Source: a virus (Duplodnaviria > Caudoviricetes). From it: a stretch of 50,376 nucleotides of DNA. The notes beneath the pieces were generated by a model, which worked only from the letters and a program-made list of their open reading frames with translations, was not told the DNA's origin and searched no databases. The stretch covers positions 1-50,376 of IMG/VR virus record IMGVR_UViG_3300032001_000009; one strand, given 5' to 3'. Shown in pieces: positions 46,065 through 50,376 of this stretch. Every line of letters begins with the position of its first letter. Position 1 is the stretch's first letter. The position numbers and the translations under genes were made by a program.

Positions 46065-46158
46065 CGGATTCCTCCTCGCAAACACACGGCCACTGGTCGC
46101 AGTTGTCGCACCACCACGAACCGTCGAAATCGGAGCGGTAACAACCGGAACAGACCAT
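46057..46158 (-). CDS. 33-aa Cys-rich micro-protein
   Basis: TAATG coupling with AAGGAG RBS. MVCSGCYRSDFDGSWWCDNCDQWPCVCEEESDG. Confidence 0.6.
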   Translation of the reverse strand: MVCSGCYRSDFDGSWWCDNCDQWPCVCEEESDG

Positions 46159-46331
46159 TACAGCTCCTTTGTCTCGCGGACAGCGGCGTCCACACTCATC
46201 GGTATCCACACCGGCCCCCAGCTCAAGTCATGCCCGCAGTCCTCACACACCCCATGCAGACGGACCTGCATCATCTCGCCCATCAGCTCACCGCGTCTGA
46301 CCAGCCCGGTCGGCTCATAGACGATGTGCAT
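46158..46331 (-). CDS. 57-aa hypothetical protein (CxxCG)
   Basis: TGATG coupling. MHIVYEPTG...CEDCGH. Confidence 0.6.
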   Translation of the reverse strand: MHIVYEPTGLVRRGELMGEMMQVRLHGVCEDCGHDLSWGPVWIPMSVDAAVRETKEL

Positions 46332-46480
46332 CACAGATATCTCGGATTCGCCCAGCGGACCTCAATCCACGGCCCGTCACAGTGACGCAGCGGCCGGTGC
46401 CACCGCCGCAGCGCCTCAATCACATCCAACTGCGCCTGCACCCCCGGCATGTCCTCATCACGCTCGATCGTGACAATCAC
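46331..46480 (-). CDS. 49-aa hypothetical protein
   Basis: GTGA and TGATG coupling on its two sides. Confidence 0.55.
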   Translation of the reverse strand: MIVTIERDEDMPGVQAQLDVIEALRRWHRPLRHCDGPWIEVRWANPRYL

Positions 46481-46971
46481 TGCCCGACGACCACCGTGAT
46501 CACATCGGCGGTGCTCTCAACCGGGAAGCTGTGATGCGCCCCGCTGGTCACCGCAGCGACCTCGATCGCGAACCCCAGCAGATCACGAACCGTGCACGGA
46601 GTCTGCAGCGTCGGCCCCGAACCACCACCCGGGACGTCGGGCGGCACATCACCAGAGCTGCCCTGCTGCACCGTGGCCACCGTCATCGTGGCCCCGGTCC
46701 CGGCCATCTGAGCGTCCATCACGGCCGTCAGCTGCGGCAGATCCTGATCCCCCAAAGCGTTCAGGAACGTCTCGACATATCCCCAGTTGCCATCTTTCGT
46801 CACCACCACATTGCCGATCCCGACCGTGGGCAGCGCCTCAAGCGCGGACTGCACCACCCCCGCCGCCGGGTGATACTGAATCGGGGCGGTGTCCGCACCG
46901 TTGAAACCCAGCACGAACTTCCCCGACCCCGGGGAGTTGCCGATGTCGAACCGCTGAACCTCGTTGACCAT
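46477..46971 (-). CDS. Virion decoration-type domain fused to an LxTPC domain
   Basis: ATG 46971 with GGAGG RBS. NEVQ......G.F.L.F.G..TA.I.Y......VQ.ALEAL..VG.GNV.V resembles the domain appended to actinophage tail-tube and capsid proteins. Confidence 0.75.
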   Translation of the reverse strand: MVNEVQRFDIGNSPGSGKFVLGFNGADTAPIQYHPAAGVVQSALEALPTVGIGNVVVTKDGNWGYVETFLNALGDQDLPQLTAVMDAQMAGTGATMTVATVQQGSSGDVPPDVPGGGSGPTLQTPCTVRDLLGFAIEVAAVTSGAHHSFPVESTADVITVVVGQ

Positions 46972-47034
46972 GCGCCCTCCTACGCCACGCTGATGGTAAC
47001 GGCAAATAGGGAACACACCGACCGGACGCGCCGA

Positions 47035-47424
47035 TCAGTCCGGCCACACACCAAGCCGCCACGTGTCATGCAGATAACCGAACGTGTGCACGTGCGGGAT
47101 CGTCGTGTCGGTCAGCCGCCACGTCATTGACCACTGCTCGGGCAGCAGGTGGTCGTAGCGCAGGATCACACCCGGCGCCGCGCGTTCATAGGCCACGAAC
47201 GGCCCCCACTGTCTGGTCACCTCCGGGTCAAGCCTGGGCATCTGGGCGATCCAGTAGCCCACCCCGCTGTCGTTGGACATCACATGCCCATGTCCAACGA
47301 CGCTGAACATGCGGGTGTAGAGCTGGCGGTCCAGAAACCACAGCCGCGGGCGGCGCTCCGGCGCCGACCCGTTGAACAGATACCCGACGAACTCCTCGTC
47401 AATCAGGCCGCTCGGATCGGTCAT
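47035..47424 (-). CDS. Hypothetical protein ending WPD
   Basis: 129 aa, ending ...WRLTD...WRLGVWPD*. Confidence 0.7.
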   Translation of the reverse strand: MTDPSGLIDEEFVGYLFNGSAPERRPRLWFLDRQLYTRMFSVVGHGHVMSNDSGVGYWIAQMPRLDPEVTRQWGPFVAYERAAPGVILRYDHLLPEQWSMTWRLTDTTIPHVHTFGYLHDTWRLGVWPD

Positions 47425-47533
47425 CGTCGCGCCGCCGGAACCAACCGACCACGATGCCCGCCATCAGCATCCAGCACGCCAGCAGGCACAGCATCACCGC
47501 CGCCATCGACACGATCAGCGCCGCCAGCATCAC
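47399..47533 (-). CDS. 44-aa membrane mini-protein
   Basis: MMLAALIVSMAAVMLCLLACWMLMAGIVVGWFRRRDDD... Confidence 0.5.
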   Translation of the reverse strand: MMLAALIVSMAAVMLCLLACWMLMAGIVVGWFRRRDDDRSERPD

Positions 47534-47535
47534 CC

Positions 47536-47632
47536 AAACCCCCCGAAAATCGCAGCGAAAAAACACGACAACGATCGAAAAGCCTAGAAAACGCCGGAAA
47601 ACCGCGGATAAACCCCGAAAAACCGTTCAATT
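47536..47632. other. Helically phased A-tract array (predicted curved DNA)
   Basis: A-runs start at 47536, 47546, 47558, 47570, 47578, 47588, 47598, 47610, 47618 and 47629. Confidence 0.75.
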
Positions 47633-47840
47633 ACGTCACATCCCCGTCATAGGGCCCCAACCCGCCGGCCTCACGCAAAAACCGCCGCGCCCGCTCCATC
47701 GGATCAACATGGCTGGTATACGCATTGCAGTTGCCGCACCAGCCCCACTCAATGTCATGCGGGTTGTAACTCGTCATGTCACACACCGGGCACGTGACAT
47801 GCGGATACTGCTCGTGATGCGGATAATCCTTACCAACCAT
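47631..47840 (-). CDS. Zn-finger protein (CPVC..TSYNP.D...GWCGNC)
   Basis: ATG 47840 after GGAGGG. Resembles a common small actinophage family. Confidence 0.75.
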   Translation of the reverse strand: MVGKDYPHHEQYPHVTCPVCDMTSYNPHDIEWGWCGNCNAYTSHVDPMERARRFLREAGGLGPYDGDVT

Positions 47841-47841
47841 T

Positions 47842-48021
47842 TCAGCCCTCCGGGTGACGGCATCGGATGCAGGCCATCTCAAAGTCCGGGTAGCACCATT
47901 CCCCGCAGTCGAAGCACCAAGCCCGGTGAGCACCCACCGTGCGGTGCGCCCGGCAGGCACGCGGCTCGTGACCCACAAAATTGCCGTCCACATCAAAGAC
48001 AGCCGTCACAGGCTCGCTCAC
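47842..48021 (-). CDS. Cys-rich hypothetical protein
   Basis: GTG 48021. HRAWCFDCGEWCYP...C..C. Confidence 0.7.
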   Translation of the reverse strand: MSEPVTAVFDVDGNFVGHEPRACRAHRTVGAHRAWCFDCGEWCYPDFEMACIRCRHPEG

Positions 48022-48098
48022 CACATCACCCACAGCACCAGCACACCCACCACGATCAACCCGTAGATGGTCAGGCAGACCCTCTCTGTGCGGCTCAC
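48018..48098 (-). CDS. 26-aa membrane micro-protein
   Basis: MSRTERVCLTIYGLIVVGVLVLWVMW. GTGA overlaps at both ends. Confidence 0.55.
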   Translation of the reverse strand: MSRTERVCLTIYGLIVVGVLVLWVMW

Positions 48099-48307
48099 GT
48101 GTTACACGCGATCGCGAGGTTCATCGCCATCACGGTCTCGCGCAGCTTGCGGTGCGCCGCCGTGGCATCCGCGGACCCCAGTGTGTGCGCGTCGAACAGA
48201 TCGGCCAGCTCACGGGCCTTGGCCCGGATGGCCTGGTACGCCGCGATCTGCTCGTCGGTCGGCGGATGGTAGGTGTACCAGATGTTCTTCTCGATCTCGG
48301 TGGCCAT
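48095..48307 (-). CDS. Acb2/Tad1-hairpin-like protein (putative immune-signal sponge)
   Basis: YTYHPP...Q...Y..IR..A.ELA...A.RKL.E.VM..N.AIA helical-hairpin pattern. Confidence 0.6.
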   Translation of the reverse strand: MATEIEKNIWYTYHPPTDEQIAAYQAIRAKARELADLFDAHTLGSADATAAHRKLRETVMAMNLAIACNT

Positions 48308-48751
48308 TCAGATCGTTCCTTCCCTTCCGAAGTTCGGCAGCGCAGGCTTGCCGTCCGCTCTGCCCCACAGGTGAAGCACGTTCGCGGTGATGTTGATGTG
48401 CTCGGCGGACGGGACGAAACACTGATAGGCGTGCCCGTCCGCGAACACGGCGTGGTGCAGCATCTTCAGATCCGCATACGACGGGAACCGATAGGGCTTC
48501 TCGTAGCTGATCGAGGCGTGCAGCCAGTCCGTGCCGGGCTCGCTGTCGGGGTCCCAAGATACGATGATCCCGCGGCCGTTGCCCAGGATGTACCAGGCGT
48601 CATCACCCAGTCGCTTAGGCTTGTCCCACTCCCCCTGTAGTCGCCGGTGGACCGCGGCGATGTCGATGTTGTCCGCGGGCAGCCCGGTCATGTTGTCCTC
48701 GCAGCGTTCGGTCCCGTCGTAGTCCTCGGGATGGTAATCAAACTGGCTCAC
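48308..48751 (-). CDS. DUF7694-like hypothetical protein
   Basis: GTG 48751. WLHASIS....R.PSY.DL......F.....Q...P..EHIN...NVLHLW. Confidence 0.7.
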   Translation of the reverse strand: MSQFDYHPEDYDGTERCEDNMTGLPADNIDIAAVHRRLQGEWDKPKRLGDDAWYILGNGRGIIVSWDPDSEPGTDWLHASISYEKPYRFPSYADLKMLHHAVFADGHAYQCFVPSAEHINITANVLHLWGRADGKPALPNFGREGTI

Positions 48752-48909
48752 ATCACCGCCCCGTCCGGCCACAGCATGTCGTAATCCTCCTTCGGGCAAT
48801 GCTGGCGCCGCCGCCGCACTGGGTCGAGCTGCCGGTGTTTCGGCTCAAGCACTGTCTGCTGGTCACGCTCGACCCACTCATGGAAACCCAGCAGGCATCT
48901 AACGCGCAT
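48748..48909 (-). CDS. 53-aa hypothetical protein (CLLGFHEW)
   Basis: Overlaps both neighbours. Confidence 0.55.
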   Translation of the reverse strand: MRVRCLLGFHEWVERDQQTVLEPKHRQLDPVRRRRQHCPKEDYDMLWPDGAVM

Positions 48910-49117
48910 ACGGGTTGAACCTCCTCCGGCGCCACCACGGCCGCGCCTCAACCTCCTCAATCGCCCGCAACAAGCTGATGTTGCAACCGACCAGCTTGGT
49001 GATGATCTCCTCAACCTCGGCGGATGTGGGCCGGATAGCGGGATGGTGGTGCAGCTTGTTCCAGCGGTTCATCGTCTCGGTGACATCATCACGCGCCATC
49101 TCTACGAAGCTGCTCAT
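48899..49117 (-). CDS. Hypothetical protein (72 aa)
   Basis: ATGA overlap. Helical, ending RPWWRRR. Confidence 0.65.
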   Translation of the reverse strand: MSSFVEMARDDVTETMNRWNKLHHHPAIRPTSAEVEEIITKLVGCNISLLRAIEEVEARPWWRRRRFNPYAR

Positions 49118-49272
49118 AGCCGCGCCTGCCGGAATAAGTCCACCTTGTGGCCGAGATGCTTGTTGAGCTCCACCGTGCGCTCACCAGGCCGAGCGAAGAC
49201 ATACATCTGACGGCACGTATCGCAATCCAGCACGTAGTCGATCACGCGGCCATCGGACGTACGCTCGCTCAC
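49114..49272 (-). CDS. 52-aa Zn-finger-like protein
   Basis: GTG 49272 with GGAG RBS. LDCDTCRQ...KHLGHKV. Confidence 0.65.
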   Translation of the reverse strand: MSERTSDGRVIDYVLDCDTCRQMYVFARPGERTVELNKHLGHKVDLFRQARL

Positions 49273-49472
49273 TTGATCTGCTCCATCACCGGCCCATAAG
49301 TACCGTTCATCTCAATCCGCTCGCCCTGCCACAGCATCCCCTCACAGCAGCACTGCCGGTCAGGCCACCGGCACTGCCGCCCAACATGGCGGTAAGCAAA
49401 ATGCCCGCAATCAGCACAGATCCCACCAGGACCAGCGTCATACAGATCCTGCACAGCGCTCACGGCGCTCAC
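49269..49472 (-). CDS. Cys-rich hypothetical protein
   Basis: GTG 49472. CADCGH...H....C......CCC. Confidence 0.65.
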   Translation of the reverse strand: MSAVSAVQDLYDAGPGGICADCGHFAYRHVGRQCRWPDRQCCCEGMLWQGERIEMNGTYGPVMEQIK

Positions 49473-49699
49473 TTGGTCTGCTCCCGCAACCCCACCCCGA
49501 ACGCAACCGCCTGGCACTTCATATCGTTCTCGACCGCATAACGCATCGCCGCCAGCTCCGTGCCGAACAACACGAACTCCGAGCCGTCGGAATGATACGC
49601 ACACCACACATGCCGCTGAGCCCTCTCGGCCTTCGCCTTACGCGCCGCCACCCCGCGCGTTCGCGTGTCCACGTCCGTGCCCGCCGCCGTCTCAGCCAT
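49469..49699 (-). CDS. Hypothetical protein (76 aa)
   Basis: GAGGAG RBS. Y.SDGS....F.TEL.AMRYAV. Confidence 0.7.
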   Translation of the reverse strand: MAETAAGTDVDTRTRGVAARKAKAERAQRHVWCAYHSDGSEFVLFGTELAAMRYAVENDMKCQAVAFGVGLREQTK

Positions 49700-49710
49700 C
49701 CGCTAACTCC

Positions 49711-49863
49711 TCACTCCTGCCTAACCAAACGCCTCACCAGCGCAAACTTCCAAACCGTCGCCCGGCCGGAGACACGACGCAGCAAATCCCACAACCCCAC
49801 ACACAACACCCCACCCAAATACAGCACACAACCCACCAACACCAAAAACAGGAACCCGTCCAC
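49711..49863 (-). CDS. 50-aa membrane protein
   Basis: GTG 49863 after AGAAAGG. Hydrophobic N-terminus with a basic tail. Confidence 0.6.
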   Translation of the reverse strand: MDGFLFLVLVGCVLYLGGVLCVGLWDLLRRVSGRATVWKFALVRRLVRQE

Positions 49864-49865
49864 TC

Positions 49866-49995
49866 GCACCTTTCTCGTGGGAAACCGGCCCAATCAGGCC
49901 AGATGGGTCCGGTCCTTCGCGTCTTTCGTTCCGGCAACCCCCACCGAGGTCTTACCTCGCGCTGATAGACGAGGGGCGCTAGCAGATCAACCCTA
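49866..49995 (-). ncRNA. Candidate structured 5' leader RNA with -10 TAGGGT
   Basis: Outer stem GCGCC-C-CTCGT / ACGAG-AAA-GGTGC encloses two hairpins (49945-49959 and 49884-49913) and covers the RBS. Confidence 0.4.
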
Positions 49996-50376
49996 GCAGC
50001 ACCACTTCCACACGCATACTGAAACACATGGCGTGGCAAGACGTCCGCTGGCACCTGGCCTGGAAACTGCACCACCTCACCCACCGCCGCTGGTGGCCGC
50101 CCAACCGCAAAGCCCGACACACCCTCCAACAACACATGGAGCAACTAGCCCGCACCGACCCCCACGCCCCCGACCGGGAGTACTAGCCCTGACCAGTGGC
50201 TTTGATGCGCGATTTACCGGTATCTGGGTAAAATCCAAACAACGCGCGGGATGCGTTGTCGCAGCACGTTTTTCACGCGCTAGCAAACACGTCTGAAACA
50301 TCCACTGCCGCAACGCATTTCGGGTACATTCGCGGCGATGCGCAAAACTAGTTCTCACGGGGGGAGAAACCGCGAG

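Noticed and set aside
47421-47630. 69-aa ORF over the A-tract array
   Set aside because: TTG start without an RBS, and the Phe-rich translation merely reflects the T-tracts. A 44-aa membrane ORF in another frame is more plausible.
41753-49484. Direct repeats as a CRISPR array or att sites
   Set aside because: Each repeat has only two copies, lies in coding or junction sequence, and no cas or integrase gene is in the window.
49874-49973. Plus-strand hammerhead-like core (GAAAC...GTC...CTGATAGA)
   Set aside because: The core deviates from CUGANGA, and stems I and II are not flush with the core. The minus-strand leader explanation is simpler.

Overview
High-GC actinobacteriophage (mycobacteriophage-like siphovirus, free phage or prophage) DNA, with almost all genes on the minus strand. 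Read right to left: a possible genome left end (~50.3 kb); a ~12 kb accessory arm of tightly coupled small genes including an Acb2/Tad1-like hairpin protein, three glycosyltransferase-like and two SAM-methyltransferase genes, and an HNH-AP2 nuclease; terminase small subunit; terminase large subunit with an Ala-start (class 3, WCT-motif) LAGLIDADG intein; portal with a class 1 LAGLIDADG intein; HK97-type prohead protease with a long C-terminal extension; major capsid; HNH genes; head-tail joining genes; major tail protein; frameshifted tail assembly chaperones; a 3089-aa tape measure protein carrying two transglycosylase-like modules and an apparently circularly permuted peptidase-like module; and minor tail genes running off the left edge. 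I found no integrase, lysis, replication, tRNA or CRISPR elements. Main leads: a candidate virion glycosylation/O-methylation cassette, mini-proteins carrying short copies of terminase and protease motifs, a three-member LxTPC mini-domain family, phased A-tracts, and a structured leader RNA. All family assignments come from motif recognition by eye, not from database searches.
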